Source: Candidatus Sericytochromatia bacterium
Lineage (GTDB): Bacteria; Cyanobacteriota; Sericytochromatia; S15B-MN24; JAQBPE01
Reading direction: 5' to 3'
Assembly: GCA_036675505.1 (NCBI GenBank)
Contig: JAKFEW010000160.1
Location: forward strand, 177,273-241,272
Length of the DNA stretch: 64,000 nucleotides
Positions within the stretch are counted from its first letter, which is position 1. Every line of letters begins with the position of its first letter. Below, piece by piece: positions 36,543-45,940 of the stretch. The notes beneath the pieces are model-generated. The model made no database searches. It was given only the letters and a program-made list of their open reading frames with translations, and was not told where the DNA came from. The translations under genes were made by a program, and so were the position numbers.

Positions 36543-36821
36543 ATGGGACGCACGCTGGCCGCGCTCTGGATCATTTTGGTCGAGCTGTGGCCGCTGCTCG
36601 TGCTCGCCGCGGTGGTGAGCGTGGTGCTGTGGCGCCAGGCGCAGCCGGCGTTGCGGGCGCGGGCCGCCTGGGAGGGCGAGCGCCGGGCGCTCGAGGCCGA
36701 GCTCGAGCGGGCCTCGCACGCGACGGGCGGGATCGACGGGCTGGTGGAGGTGCAGGGGCGCCTGGCGGCGCATGACGTGCTCAAGCCCACGCTCCCGCGT
36801 TGGCTGTTCTGGAAGCGCTAG
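36543..36821 (+). CDS. small membrane protein, hypothetical
   Basis: ATG 4 nt after the SDR stop. TM helix LAALWIILVELWPLLVLAAVVSVVLW, 92 aa. Confidence 0.45.
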   Translation: MGRTLAALWIILVELWPLLVLAAVVSVVLWRQAQPALRARAAWEGERRALEAELERASHATGGIDGLVEVQGRLAAHDVLKPTLPRWLFWKR

Positions 36822-36822
36822 G

Positions 36823-37209
36823 TTAGCGGGCGCGGGGCATCACGACGGTCGCGTCGGCCGTGCGCAGCGTCAGCGTGTCGGCCTCGATGCTCGCCACCAC
36901 GGCGCCATCGAGCAGGTCGCCCGCCTGTACGAGGCGCAGCTTGCCCTCCTCGCGCACCGCCGCCACCGGCGGCGCGCCGGCGGTCACGTCGCCCGCCACC
37001 TTCGAGAGGAACGCGGCGCCGTGCTTGGGCAGCTGCGCGCGGGCCGCGGCGCGGCTTCGCGGCGCGAAGGCATGCACCCGGACCGCCTGCGCGGCCGCGG
37101 CGGCCGGCGCCGGCGCCGCGGCGTGCAGCGGCTCACCGAGCAGGGTGGCGCACACCATGACAAACACGAGGCCGAAGCCGGCTCCGATCCATGTGCCAAG
37201 CCAGTTCAT
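36823..37209 (-). CDS. hypothetical membrane-anchored protein
   Basis: MNWLGTWIGAGFGLVFVMVCATLLG TM anchor. C-terminal region GKLRLVQAGDLLDGAVVASIEADTLTLR resembles a small beta domain (GspC/PilP-like guess). Confidence 0.45.
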   Translation of the reverse strand: MNWLGTWIGAGFGLVFVMVCATLLGEPLHAAAPAPAAAAAQAVRVHAFAPRSRAAARAQLPKHGAAFLSKVAGDVTAGAPPVAAVREEGKLRLVQAGDLLDGAVVASIEADTLTLRTADATVVMPRAR

Positions 37210-37398
37210 GGGATCCCCCTTCGGCGTCCACCGGACGCTCGGCCGCCCGTGCGGCCCCGTCCCAGCGTACTGGCCGTGGGACGGCAGCGTCTGAGACGGC
37301 TATCACCTTACACCGGGCGCCGAATCTTAAGGCAAGCTTAACGTCATTTAGACTCATGACGGCCTCATAACATCCGCAACCGCCTGAAAGGACCGCCC

Positions 37399-38640
37399 AT
37401 GCCCCGGTTGCGCGCCTCCATCGCTCTCCTGACCCTCGCCTCGCTGGCTGCCGCCGGCTGCGGCGTGCTCGGCCGCCCGGCCGCCGCGCCCTTGCCCGCG
37501 CTCGGCCTGCTCCAGACCGAAGGCGACGTCATGGCCGAGGCCGCCAAGGCGGCCTACAAGCCCTACTTCGGCATCACCCACACCCACGTCGCCGAGCACG
37601 GCGACGACGGCCAGGGCACGCTCGCGGAGGCTTACGCCTTCGCGCGCGACCGCGCGAACCTCGACTTCCTGGGCGTGTCCTCGCACTCGCACATGATCAA
37701 CGACCAGGGCTACGCGAAGATGAAAGAGGCCGCCAAGGTCCACACCGTCGACGGCAAGTTCGTCGCGATCCTCTCGCAGGAATGGAGCTCGATTTCGAAG
37801 GGTGGGCACATCAACATCTTCGAAGCCAACGAGCGCTGCCCGGTCGGCAATGGCGCCTGGGGCGACTTCTACGACCGCTGGTTGCCCAACCACCCTGAGG
37901 TTGGCTGGATCCAGTTCAACCACCCGCACCCGAGCAACCCGCTCGAGTTCGGCGGCCTCAAGTTCTCGCCGGTGGACCATGCGAAGGCTTCGGTGGTCGC
38001 GAACGACAAGGTCGCGGCGATGGCGCTGCTGAACGGCCCCGGCAAGTACGAGCGGCCCGACATGAAGGGCGAGCCCGACGAGTGGGATCGCGGCCGCAAC
38101 CGCCTCAACTACGAGATCGAGTACATGGAGTTCCTGAACCGCGGCTGGCGCATCGGCGCCGTCGGCGACCAGGACAACCACGTGAAGAACTGGGGCCTCG
38201 CGGTGCCGACCCGCACCGGCGTGTGGGCCAAGAACCTCTCGCGCGAGGGCCTGATGGACGCCTTCCGCAACCGCCGTACCTACGCGGCGTTCGACACCAA
38301 CGTGCGCTTCTGGTTCTCGATCAACGGCCGCGACATGGGCGACGAGATCCCCGGCGGCAAGGAGCTCGCCGTGCGCGTGGCCGCCTCGGACCCGGACAGC
38401 GCGATCCAGCGCGTCGAGCTGTACGGCGACGTCGACGGCGTGGGCGGCCAGCCCGCCAAGCTGCTCGGCAAGCAGGCCATCGGCAAGAAGACCGCGCTCT
38501 GGAAGGTCACGCTGCCGGCGACGACCGGGGATTCGTACTACTTCGCGAAGCTGGTCTACGACGACCAGAAGGCCTGGGCCTGGTCGAGCCCGATCTGGGT
38601 GACCGGCGGGGCCGCCAAGCAGCGCGCCCGCCGCGACTGA
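37399..38640 (+). CDS. PHP-domain (CehA/McbA-like) metallohydrolase lipoprotein
   Basis: ALLTLASLAAAGCG lipobox. His-rich PHP-like motifs (YFGITHTHVAEHGDDGQ; GVSSHSHM; FNHPHP). Confidence 0.7.
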   Translation: MPRLRASIALLTLASLAAAGCGVLGRPAAAPLPALGLLQTEGDVMAEAAKAAYKPYFGITHTHVAEHGDDGQGTLAEAYAFARDRANLDFLGVSSHSHMINDQGYAKMKEAAKVHTVDGKFVAILSQEWSSISKGGHINIFEANERCPVGNGAWGDFYDRWLPNHPEVGWIQFNHPHPSNPLEFGGLKFSPVDHAKASVVANDKVAAMALLNGPGKYERPDMKGEPDEWDRGRNRLNYEIEYMEFLNRGWRIGAVGDQDNHVKNWGLAVPTRTGVWAKNLSREGLMDAFRNRRTYAAFDTNVRFWFSINGRDMGDEIPGGKELAVRVAASDPDSAIQRVELYGDVDGVGGQPAKLLGKQAIGKKTALWKVTLPATTGDSYYFAKLVYDDQKAWAWSSPIWVTGGAAKQRARRD

Positions 38641-38650
38641 AGCCGAAAGG

Positions 38651-38677
38651 CGCCCCTACCGCAGGCAGGGGCGCCCG
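38651..38677. terminator. hairpin between convergent genes (bidirectional terminator candidate)
   Basis: GGCGCCCCT-accgcaggc-AGGGGCGCC, 9-bp stem between convergent genes. No T-run. Confidence 0.3.
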
Positions 38678-38686
38678 ATCGCGACT

Positions 38687-40207
38687 CTACTTGTATTCCG
38701 CGCGGTAGATGCCCGCCTTCGGCGAGGTGTGGGTGTAGTAGAAGCTGTTGCCGTCCGGCATCAGCACGAGGCCCTCGTCGCCGATGAAGTTGCCGTTGAT
38801 GCTCGTGTGGGCGATGACCTTCGCGCCGACGTCCGGGATGATCGCGTACAGGTCCGAGGCGACGGCGTCGCCCGCGATGTAGCTCGTCGCGAAGAGGATA
38901 TCGCCGGCCGCATCGACGTCGATCGCGCTCGGGCCCGGGACTCCCGTCAGCAGGGTCGTGACGTCGCCGCCGGACGAGACCTTGCGGATCGCGCCGCTGT
39001 CGCTCGATTCGGTGAAGATCAGGTTGCCCTGGCCGTCGATGCAGATGCCCTCGGGGAGAATCAACGACGCGGCGCTCCCGCGCCCATCCAGGCGGTTCGC
39101 ACGACCATTGCCGGCGAGCGTCGTCCAGACGCCGTCGGGGGTGCGCTTGCGGATCGCGTGGTTGCGCTTGTCGGCGACGTACAGGTTGCCGGTCGAGTCA
39201 TAGACGAGGCCCCACGGCTCGTTGAACTTCGAGGCCTGGAAGTCGCCGTCCGCGAAGCCCGCCTCCGCGGAGTCGCCCCCGATGGTCGAGACCGTCTTGT
39301 TCGTGAAGTCGAGCAACCGGATCGCATGGTTCCCGGTGTCGGCGACGGCCACATGGCTGCCGTCCGGCGCGAGGGCGATGCCATGCGGCCGTTTGAAGCG
39401 CGCCTCCGCGAAGGTGCCGTCCTGGGCCCCGTAGCCGCCCGTGAACGAGCCCACGTAGCCGCCTTCGTCGTCATAGAAGTACCGGACCTCGTCTTTGTCG
39501 GTGAAGAGGAACATCTTGCCGCTCCCCGCCCAGCACAGGCCACCAGGCGCCACGACGGCGTTGTTGCCGCGCTTCCCGTCGAACGTGTCGACCCGGCCGT
39601 ACAGCAGCATCTCGGTCGGCCAGTCGTAGCCGCTGCCGGCGACGAGCGACGAGATCAGGGTCTTGATCGGCGCAGGCGTCGGCGGCGGCGGGGGCGGCGG
39701 GACGATCGTGGCCACGGGCCGCGGCGTTTCGGCGGGCGGCACCACGGCCGAGGGCGCGGTCTGCGGAATGAAATCGCCCCCCTGGCCGGGCGGGGGCGTC
39801 GGCACCGGCGTGCGCGCCGCCTTGGGCCTCGTGGGCCGGCGCCTGCGCGTCGCCCCCTCGGAAATCCCGCCGGCGCCGGCGGCCGGAAGCTCCGTGACCT
39901 CCTCGCCGGTCAGCTCGGCCAGGCCTTCGGCGCTGACGCCCGAGTTCAGGCCTTCGAGGGCGGCCGTCTGCGATTTGACCTTGGCGGCGTCAGCCTCACC
40001 GGCCAGGAGCGCGTCCACGCTCGACTCGCTGATGCTGCCCTTCGCGTTGAGGCTGGCGACGCCGCCGGCCCCGCCCGCGCCCGCGGGACCGCCGGGGCCG
40101 CCCGGCACCGCGTTCGGACCCGTGAGCGGGCCGTCAGGCACGATCACGCAGGCGCTGAGGCCGGCCAGCGCGGACATCAAGCCGAGGGAAAAAAGGCGCT
40201 TCTTCAT
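38687..40207 (-). CDS. NHL-repeat beta-propeller lipoprotein (third copy, divergent)
   Basis: MKKRLFSLGLMSALAGLSAC lipobox, PPPPPPTPAP linker. NHL blades (GNHAIRLLDF; GNLYVADKRNHAIRKRT; GNLIFTESSDSGAIRKV). Confidence 0.75.
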   Translation of the reverse strand: MKKRLFSLGLMSALAGLSACVIVPDGPLTGPNAVPGGPGGPAGAGGAGGVASLNAKGSISESSVDALLAGEADAAKVKSQTAALEGLNSGVSAEGLAELTGEEVTELPAAGAGGISEGATRRRRPTRPKAARTPVPTPPPGQGGDFIPQTAPSAVVPPAETPRPVATIVPPPPPPPTPAPIKTLISSLVAGSGYDWPTEMLLYGRVDTFDGKRGNNAVVAPGGLCWAGSGKMFLFTDKDEVRYFYDDEGGYVGSFTGGYGAQDGTFAEARFKRPHGIALAPDGSHVAVADTGNHAIRLLDFTNKTVSTIGGDSAEAGFADGDFQASKFNEPWGLVYDSTGNLYVADKRNHAIRKRTPDGVWTTLAGNGRANRLDGRGSAASLILPEGICIDGQGNLIFTESSDSGAIRKVSSGGDVTTLLTGVPGPSAIDVDAAGDILFATSYIAGDAVASDLYAIIPDVGAKVIAHTSINGNFIGDEGLVLMPDGNSFYYTHTSPKAGIYRAEYK

Positions 40208-40293
40208 GCAAGGCTCCTGGGTGGCGACGGCGCGGCAGGCGCCTGAGAGTGCGAGGCGAGAATTTCGACGAACGAGCGAGCAAGCTGGTTCCG

Positions 40294-41322
40294 TTAGCCC
40301 GCCGAAAGGTCAGGCCGTCTCGATGTACCCGGCCAGGCCGGGTTGGCCAGCACCGCGCGCCCCACCGCCAGGAAATCCACAGCGCCGAGCGCCTCGCGGG
40401 CGTAGTCCAGCGACACGACCCCGCCCACGCCGATCACCGGCAGGCCGCTCGCGCGCCTGAGCGCCGCCGCGTCGGCGACCAGGTAGCCCTCGCCGCGCTG
40501 GCCGTGCTGGCGCCGCCAGCCGCCCAGCCCGCTCGAGACGTCGAGCACGTCGACGCCGCGCGCGGCGGCCTCGCGGGCGAGCCAGGCGGTGTCGGCGAGC
40601 GTCAGCCCGCCCGGCAGCCGGTCCTGGCCCGGGAAGCGCAGCGAGAGGATGGTCGTGGGGCGCAGCACCGCGCGCAGGCGCACGATCAGGTCGAGCAGCA
40701 GGCGTGCGCGGGCGGCCAGCGAGCCGCCGTGCGCGTCCTCGCGCACGTTGGTGATCGGCGAGAGCCATTGGTTGAAGAAGTAGCCGTGCGCCGCGTGGAT
40801 CTCGATCGCCACGAACCCCGCCGCCTCCGCGCGCACGGCGGCCGCGACGAAGGCCTCCGTGAGCTCGGCGAGCTCCACGTCCGTCATGGCCGCGGGCGCC
40901 GGCAGGTCGCCGCCGTGCGCCGGGATCGGCCGCGCGCTCGCGCCGAGCGGCGTCCGCCCGATCAGCGCGGCTTCCGTCTTGCCGCCCGCGTGGGTGAGCT
41001 GGATGCCGGGCAGCGCGCCAGCGGCACGGATCGTGGCCGCGAGCGCGGCGAGGCCCGCCGCATGCGCGGGGCCCGACGCACCGAGCTGGCGCGCCTCGGA
41101 CCTGCCCCAGGGATGGACGTGGCTGTACTCGACGAACGCCAGGCCGTGGCGCTCGCCGACGATCCGCCGGTAGTGCGCGAGCGTCTCGGCGGTGACGCGG
41201 CCCTCGGCGTCGGCCGTGCCGGAGGCCATCGGCGGCAGCACCAGGCGCGAGCGCAGGCGGTGGGCGCCGAGCCGGCCGGGCGCGAACAGCGGGTGCAGGG
41301 CCGGGCGATCGAGCAGTTCCAT
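40294..41322 (-). CDS. NADH:flavin oxidoreductase, Old Yellow Enzyme family
   Basis: MELLDRPAL start with AAGGAG RBS. OYE motifs (RLVLPPMAS, GIQLTHAGGK, FVAIEIHAAHGYFFNQWLSP). Confidence 0.85.
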   Translation of the reverse strand: MELLDRPALHPLFAPGRLGAHRLRSRLVLPPMASGTADAEGRVTAETLAHYRRIVGERHGLAFVEYSHVHPWGRSEARQLGASGPAHAAGLAALAATIRAAGALPGIQLTHAGGKTEAALIGRTPLGASARPIPAHGGDLPAPAAMTDVELAELTEAFVAAAVRAEAAGFVAIEIHAAHGYFFNQWLSPITNVREDAHGGSLAARARLLLDLIVRLRAVLRPTTILSLRFPGQDRLPGGLTLADTAWLAREAAARGVDVLDVSSGLGGWRRQHGQRGEGYLVADAAALRRASGLPVIGVGGVVSLDYAREALGAVDFLAVGRAVLANPAWPGTSRRPDLSAG

Positions 41323-41372
41323 GTTCCTGGTTCTCCTTATCAATATTTATGGATATGATCGGGCAAAAAAAA

Positions 41373-41699
41373 TCAGGGCGCGAGCCCGGCCAGCGCGACC
41401 GCGAGCGCCTGGAACGCCGCGGTCCGCGGGCGCACGTAGCGCCAGGGGCCGTGCTCGGTGGCCTCGAGCAGGCCGGCCTTGAGCAGCAAGCCCAGGTGGT
41501 GTGATGTCGTCGACTGCGGCAGGCCCGCGGCGGCGGCGAGGTCGTTGACGCACACGCCCACGACGCGCGGGTCGACGAGGTTGGTGGGGAAGCGCGCCGG
41601 CTCACCGAGCAGGCGCAGCAGCCGCACGCGGTCCGGGTGGCCGAGCACCTTGAGGGTGCGCGCCAGGTCGTCGTCGGCGGGTGGGGAAGCAGCGGTCAT
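41373..41699 (-). CDS. ArsR/SmtB family transcriptional regulator
   Basis: LKVLGHPDRVRLLRLLGE...VNDLAAAAGLPQSTTSHHLGLLLKAGLL (winged HTH). Directly upstream of the OYE gene, probably an operon. Confidence 0.85.
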   Translation of the reverse strand: MTAASPPADDDLARTLKVLGHPDRVRLLRLLGEPARFPTNLVDPRVVGVCVNDLAAAAGLPQSTTSHHLGLLLKAGLLEATEHGPWRYVRPRTAAFQALAVALAGLAP

Positions 41700-41711
41700 A
41701 TCACCACCATA

Positions 41712-42590
41712 TCAAGAAATATGGTTATACGCAACAGGACTTCCGGGCACGTCGCCCGGCGGGCCCTTCCGCGTGTCGGACGACTCGCCATGCTGCTTCT
41801 TCCACGCCGCGATGCGCTGGCGCGCGGCAGCCACCTGGGCAGGCGTGAGCTTGCTGCGCAGGAAGGCCGCGCCCTGCGCCGCGAGCGTATGGCGGCGCTC
41901 GGCGGCCAGCACGTACCACTTGTAGGCCTCGAGGGGCTGGGCGGCCACGCCCTGGCCTTCCTCGTGGATCACGCCGAGGTGGAACTGTGCCGCCGCCGAG
42001 CCGAGGTCCGCGGCGAGCCCATACCAGCGGATCGCGACCCCGTCGTCCGGCGGGTGGCCGTCGCCGCCCTGGAAGAGGTAGCCCAGCGCCAGCATCGCGC
42101 CGACGTCGCCCTGGCTGGCGGCGCGCTCGTACCAGCGGCGTGCCTCCGGCAGATCGCGCGGGCAGCCCTGGCCCACATGGTAGAAGTAGGCGACCAGCAC
42201 CTGGGCCTCGCGATCGCCCGCGAAAGCCGCCCGGCGCAGCCAGCCGAGCGCCATGCCCAAGTTTTTGGGCAGGCCGTCACCCCGGTAATACAGCGTGCCC
42301 ACCCGCTTCATGGCGCCCACGTGGCCAAGCGCGGCGGCCTTCTTCCAGTAACGCGCGGCCAGCGGCAGATCGGGCGGCCCCGGCCGCTCCGCCTCGAAGC
42401 GGCGCGCCAGCGCGAGCTGCGACTCCAGGTGGCCGGCCTCGGCGAGCATGCGGCGCATCGGCAGCGTGTCGCGCACGCCCCAGGCGGCGGCAACGCCGCC
42501 GAGCACGCAGACACAGGCGACGACGACCCAGGTGAGCCGGCGGATGGAGCGGACAAAGGAAAAAGCGGCCGTGAGCATTCGGGCAAGCAC
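41712..42590 (-). CDS. Sel1-repeat (TPR-like) protein, membrane anchored
   Basis: Five or more Sel1 repeats (AARYWKKAAALGHVGAMKRVGTLYYRGDG; ALGWLRRAAFAGDREAQVLVAYFY; ARRWYERAASQGDVGAMLALGYLF). Confidence 0.8.
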   Translation of the reverse strand: MLARMLTAAFSFVRSIRRLTWVVVACVCVLGGVAAAWGVRDTLPMRRMLAEAGHLESQLALARRFEAERPGPPDLPLAARYWKKAAALGHVGAMKRVGTLYYRGDGLPKNLGMALGWLRRAAFAGDREAQVLVAYFYHVGQGCPRDLPEARRWYERAASQGDVGAMLALGYLFQGGDGHPPDDGVAIRWYGLAADLGSAAAQFHLGVIHEEGQGVAAQPLEAYKWYVLAAERRHTLAAQGAAFLRSKLTPAQVAAARQRIAAWKKQHGESSDTRKGPPGDVPGSPVAYNHIS

Positions 42591-42633
42591 CGCCTACCCT
42601 ATACCCACGACCGCCCGGCTGAATGTCCGGTCG

Positions 42634-43056
42634 CTACTGGCCGAGGCCTTCGAGGCCCTTGGTCTTGCTTTCCATCACCTGGTTCATCTTGGCGCTCAGG
42701 CCCTTGCCGACCTTCATGGCGCCCCAGAGCGCGAGCGCCACGGCGCCCACGCCGATCGCGGCGGGCAGCAGCGCGACGCCGGTGGCGGCCACGAGCGCGC
42801 CGGCTCCCCAGTAGGCGATCCCGGTACCGATGAGGCCCGCGACGACCATCTTGCCACCGGTCGAGACCGACTTGTCCGCCTCTTCAGCCGACATGCCCTT
42901 CACTTCTTTGACGAGGTCGCTCTCCTTGGACTTCGACAGGCTCAGGCTGTCGCCCGACATGCCGGGCAGCGCGTCCGCGCCACTCGCACCGGCCGCCTTG
43001 ACGCGTGCGCCCACCGGGCGGGGAGAGTTGGATCCGTCGACGCCGCCGATGCCCAT
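42634..43056 (-). CDS. small glycine-zipper membrane protein
   Basis: ATG with GAGGAG RBS. GGKMVVAGLIGTGIAYWGAGALVAATGVALLPAAIGVGAVALALWGAM Gly-zipper TM. Confidence 0.5.
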   Translation of the reverse strand: MGIGGVDGSNSPRPVGARVKAAGASGADALPGMSGDSLSLSKSKESDLVKEVKGMSAEEADKSVSTGGKMVVAGLIGTGIAYWGAGALVAATGVALLPAAIGVGAVALALWGAMKVGKGLSAKMNQVMESKTKGLEGLGQ

Positions 43057-43215
43057 GTCGTTACTCCTCAGTTGCTGCCGATCTACCATACGAGCGGGGT
43101 GGACGTACCGGCTGCCGACCGACCCATACTTCGTATCCCCCGGGTGCGGGAAAACGCTGCAACTTCCAATGAAGATTTAACGAACGTTTATCACGACACG
43201 AAGCGATATAACGGC

Positions 43216-44154
43216 ATGCGAAAGGCCCGCCCGTTTCTGATCGGCTTGCTCGTGGCGACGCTGCCCGCCTGTGGGTCGTCTGCGGCGATGCTCGCATTCG
43301 CTCGCCTCCCTTCGGTCGCCGGCCCGGCCAGCCCGCGCGACGGCGCCGCGCTCGGCGCCCGCGCGACCGGCGGGTCCGTGCTCGAGCTGCTCACCTACAA
43401 CATCTGGGGCAAGCCCGGCATCCTGGGCACGGATCAGGCGCGCCGCATGGGCCTGATCGCGCCGGCGATCCGCCCGTTTCAGATCGTCGCGCTCCAGGAG
43501 GCCTTCACCGCGCACGCGGATCTGATCGCGACGCGCTCGGGCTTCCCGTTCCAGGCCTGGCACCGCGAGAAGAAATGGTTCGACATCACCACCAGCGGAC
43601 TCTTCACGCTCACCAACTTCGCGCAGGACGAAGTCGATTTCGCGCCGTTCGAGCAGGAAGCCACCTGGGACCGCTTCGCCAACAAGGGCGTGCTCTTCAC
43701 GCGGCTGCGCGTGCCGGGGGTCGGCTGCGTCGACGTCTACAACACGCATTACCAGGCCGAAAATCCCTACGGGAAGATCCGTGAACACGACAACGGCGTG
43801 CTGGCCGCCCTCGTGAAGAAGCACGACACAGGCTGGCCGACGTTCTTGCTGGGCGATTTCAACATGACCGCGGACTCGCCAGAGTACCGCGACCTGATGG
43901 CGAGGCTCGCGCCGCGCGACGGCTGGCTCGAGGCCAACCCGGAGGCCCCCGGCTACACAGTGGATCCCGGCAACACCAACAAGCCCGACACCAAGGGCGC
44001 CGAGCGCATCGACTACGTGTTCGCGCTGCCGCGCGAACGCTGGGACGTCCGCTTCGAGCGGCTGGCCATCGCGATGAACGAGCCCGTCGCGGGCGGGCAC
44101 CTGTCGGATCACTTTGGCGTACAGGCCTCCGTGCGGATTCTGCCGAAGCCCTAG
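43216..44154 (+). CDS. endonuclease/exonuclease/phosphatase (EEP) family lipoprotein (sphingomyelinase/nuclease-like)
   Basis: LLVATLPACG lipobox. EEP motifs (LLTYNIWG; IVALQEAF; TFLLGDFNM; IDYVFA; SDHFGV). Confidence 0.8.
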   Translation: MRKARPFLIGLLVATLPACGSSAAMLAFARLPSVAGPASPRDGAALGARATGGSVLELLTYNIWGKPGILGTDQARRMGLIAPAIRPFQIVALQEAFTAHADLIATRSGFPFQAWHREKKWFDITTSGLFTLTNFAQDEVDFAPFEQEATWDRFANKGVLFTRLRVPGVGCVDVYNTHYQAENPYGKIREHDNGVLAALVKKHDTGWPTFLLGDFNMTADSPEYRDLMARLAPRDGWLEANPEAPGYTVDPGNTNKPDTKGAERIDYVFALPRERWDVRFERLAIAMNEPVAGGHLSDHFGVQASVRILPKP

Positions 44155-44160
44155 CCCGCG

Positions 44161-44171
44161 TTTTTTTTTTT
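44161..44171 (+). repeat. homopolymeric T11 tract
   Basis: Eleven consecutive T in an otherwise ~70% GC sequence, 6 nt after the EEP gene stop. Confidence 0.9.
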
Positions 44172-44484
44172 GCAATTCGATCGGCGACGGAACCTCCTTG
44201 GCGAGACCGTCGTCATCATTTCGTCGCCGATCGATAGCCAGGGTGATCCACGACCTTCACCTATCGGTTACGTACCTAGCGGGCAGGGGTATTGCAGGGT
44301 TTGACCCGGCGACGCTCGATCTACCACGTTATGTTCGCGCGTTCGGAGTACCGCAAACCCAGGTCTCATGCGGTGCCGAGTGTCCTTGACACACTCCCTT
44401 GAATTGTGAATTAATGAGACCGCCCATGGCGACCAGCCAAGCAATCTGCCCATACGTTCCACACGTCTGTAGGAGGACACTTTT

Positions 44485-44874
44485 TTGACTCGCATTCTCC
44501 GGAACACGTTCTCGGCCGCCCTTCTGACCTCGGCCGCGATCATGCTGGCAGGTTGCCCTGCGGGCACGGGCGCCGTCATCCCCGGCGCGACCGGCGTCGG
44601 CGGCACCACCGCCACCACCCCCGGCGGCACCACCACGACGCCCACCACGGGCGCCGCGGCCTGCACCCGCAACGCAGCCACCGGCACGCCGGCTGAAGGC
44701 ACGTCGGTTCACGGTAAGTACAACAAGCAGCTCCTGCCCGACGGCTGGGCCACCGCCCACAAGTCCGAGGCGGACGTGACTGCGGCGATCGCCAAGCTCG
44801 AGGCCGGTATCGCGGCCGACTGGAACTGCTTCCAGAAGTTCTACGGCGGCGCTTACACGCAGTACAAGAAGTAG
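44485..44874 (+). CDS. small Cys-containing lipoprotein (paralog 1)
   Basis: TTG start with AGGAGGA RBS, SAAIMLAGCP lipobox. Conserved C-terminal block HGKYNKQLLPDGW...WNCFQKFYGG. Confidence 0.6.
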   Translation: MTRILRNTFSAALLTSAAIMLAGCPAGTGAVIPGATGVGGTTATTPGGTTTTPTTGAAACTRNAATGTPAEGTSVHGKYNKQLLPDGWATAHKSEADVTAAIAKLEAGIAADWNCFQKFYGGAYTQYKK

Positions 44875-44942
44875 TCACACACACACCCAGGCCGGGAGGC
44901 GGCGCTAGCCGCTCCCGGTCACACTTGAGAGGATTTTGAGAG

Positions 44943-45344
44943 ATGATGAAGTTTGCCCGTTACGCCGCTGCAGTTGCTTCGGTTGCGTTCCTCGCCGGCT
45001 GTCCCGGCGGCGCCGGCCTGCCCGGCGTGACCACGCCCGGTAGCAGCGCGATGCCCGGCACGTCCGTCAAGGGCCCCGACGCGGCGCTCGCCGCGCAGTG
45101 CGCCGCGGCCTCGCCGGCTGCCGCCACCACCACCGGCGCTGCGAAGCACGGCAAGTACAGCGGCATGACCCTGCCCAACGGCTGGGACAACCTCGACAGC
45201 GAAGCCAAGGTCACCGAGTCGATCGACAAGTTCGTCGCCGAGAACGCGACCGGCGCGGCCGACAAGGTCAACCAGTGGAACTGCTTCAACAAGTTCTACG
45301 GCGGCACGCTGACCGTGTACTACCAGATCAAGGGCATCAAGTAA
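44943..45344 (+). CDS. small Cys-containing lipoprotein (paralog 2)
   Basis: AVASVAFLAGCPGG lipobox. Conserved HGKYSGMTLPNGW...WNCFNKFYGG block shared with the upstream gene. Confidence 0.65.
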   Translation: MMKFARYAAAVASVAFLAGCPGGAGLPGVTTPGSSAMPGTSVKGPDAALAAQCAAASPAAATTTGAAKHGKYSGMTLPNGWDNLDSEAKVTESIDKFVAENATGAADKVNQWNCFNKFYGGTLTVYYQIKGIK

Positions 45345-45357
45345 GCTTCGGCTTCGA

Positions 45358-45391
45358 GGGCCCTCCGGCTTCGGCCGGAGGGCCTTTTTTC
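45358..45391 (+). terminator. rho-independent terminator
   Basis: GGGCCCTCCGGC-ttcg-GCCGGAGGGCC followed by TTTTTTC, 14 nt after the stop. Confidence 0.75.
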
Positions 45392-45417
45392 GCGTCGAGC
45401 GGGGGTAAGAAAGCTGT

Positions 45418-45897
45418 ATGGTCGGCTCGCTTCTCGTCATGGCCGCCGTCGTCACGATCCCGCCGCCCGCCGAGTCTGAAGCCTCGCGCCCGGCGTTCGC
45501 GGCGACAGCGGGGCTCGGCAACCCCGAATGGCTTCATGCGGGCGTCCACGGGCGGCTCGGCCCGCTCGGCGCGACGCTCACGCTGGGCACGATCGGCCTG
45601 GCCCATGGCTTCACGGCCGCAGGCCGCTGGTTCCTGCCAGCGCCCGTGCTGGGCGCCTACGCCGAGGCGGGCGCCAGCCTGATCCGCCTGGCGCCGATCA
45701 GCGATCAGACGCCCGGCGATTTCTTCCCACTGGGCTTCGTGGGGCTGGGCTGGCAGCTCCGGAGCGAGCGCTGGCTGTTCGACCTTGCGGTAGGCCCGCC
45801 GCCGACGCTGCTCGGCGGCCTGGCGATCGCGCCGCTCGCGGCGCTCAACGCGATGGCCCTGCCGCGGTTCCGCCTGGAGGTGGGCTATGCCTTTTGA
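45418..45897 (+). CDS. putative small outer-membrane beta-barrel protein
   Basis: Signal-like N-terminus, alternating hydrophobic pattern, C-terminal ...RFRLEVGYAF (terminal aromatic typical of OMPs). Confidence 0.45.
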   Translation: MVGSLLVMAAVVTIPPPAESEASRPAFAATAGLGNPEWLHAGVHGRLGPLGATLTLGTIGLAHGFTAAGRWFLPAPVLGAYAEAGASLIRLAPISDQTPGDFFPLGFVGLGWQLRSERWLFDLAVGPPPTLLGGLAIAPLAALNAMALPRFRLEVGYAF

Positions 45898-45940
45898 CCT
45901 GGCACCCTTTCGCTCCCTGGGTGGGTGCGGGGGTTCGAGC

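Noticed and set aside
38651-38677. Treating every GC-rich inverted repeat as a terminator
   Set aside because: Short GC hairpins are frequent in 70% GC DNA. Only those immediately 3' of a stop codon were kept, and those without a T-run are given low confidence.
42448-44154. 568-aa plus-strand ORF
   Set aside because: The N-terminal portion is antisense junk over the Sel1 gene. The real gene begins at the lipoprotein start MRKARPFLIGLLVATLPACG (43216).
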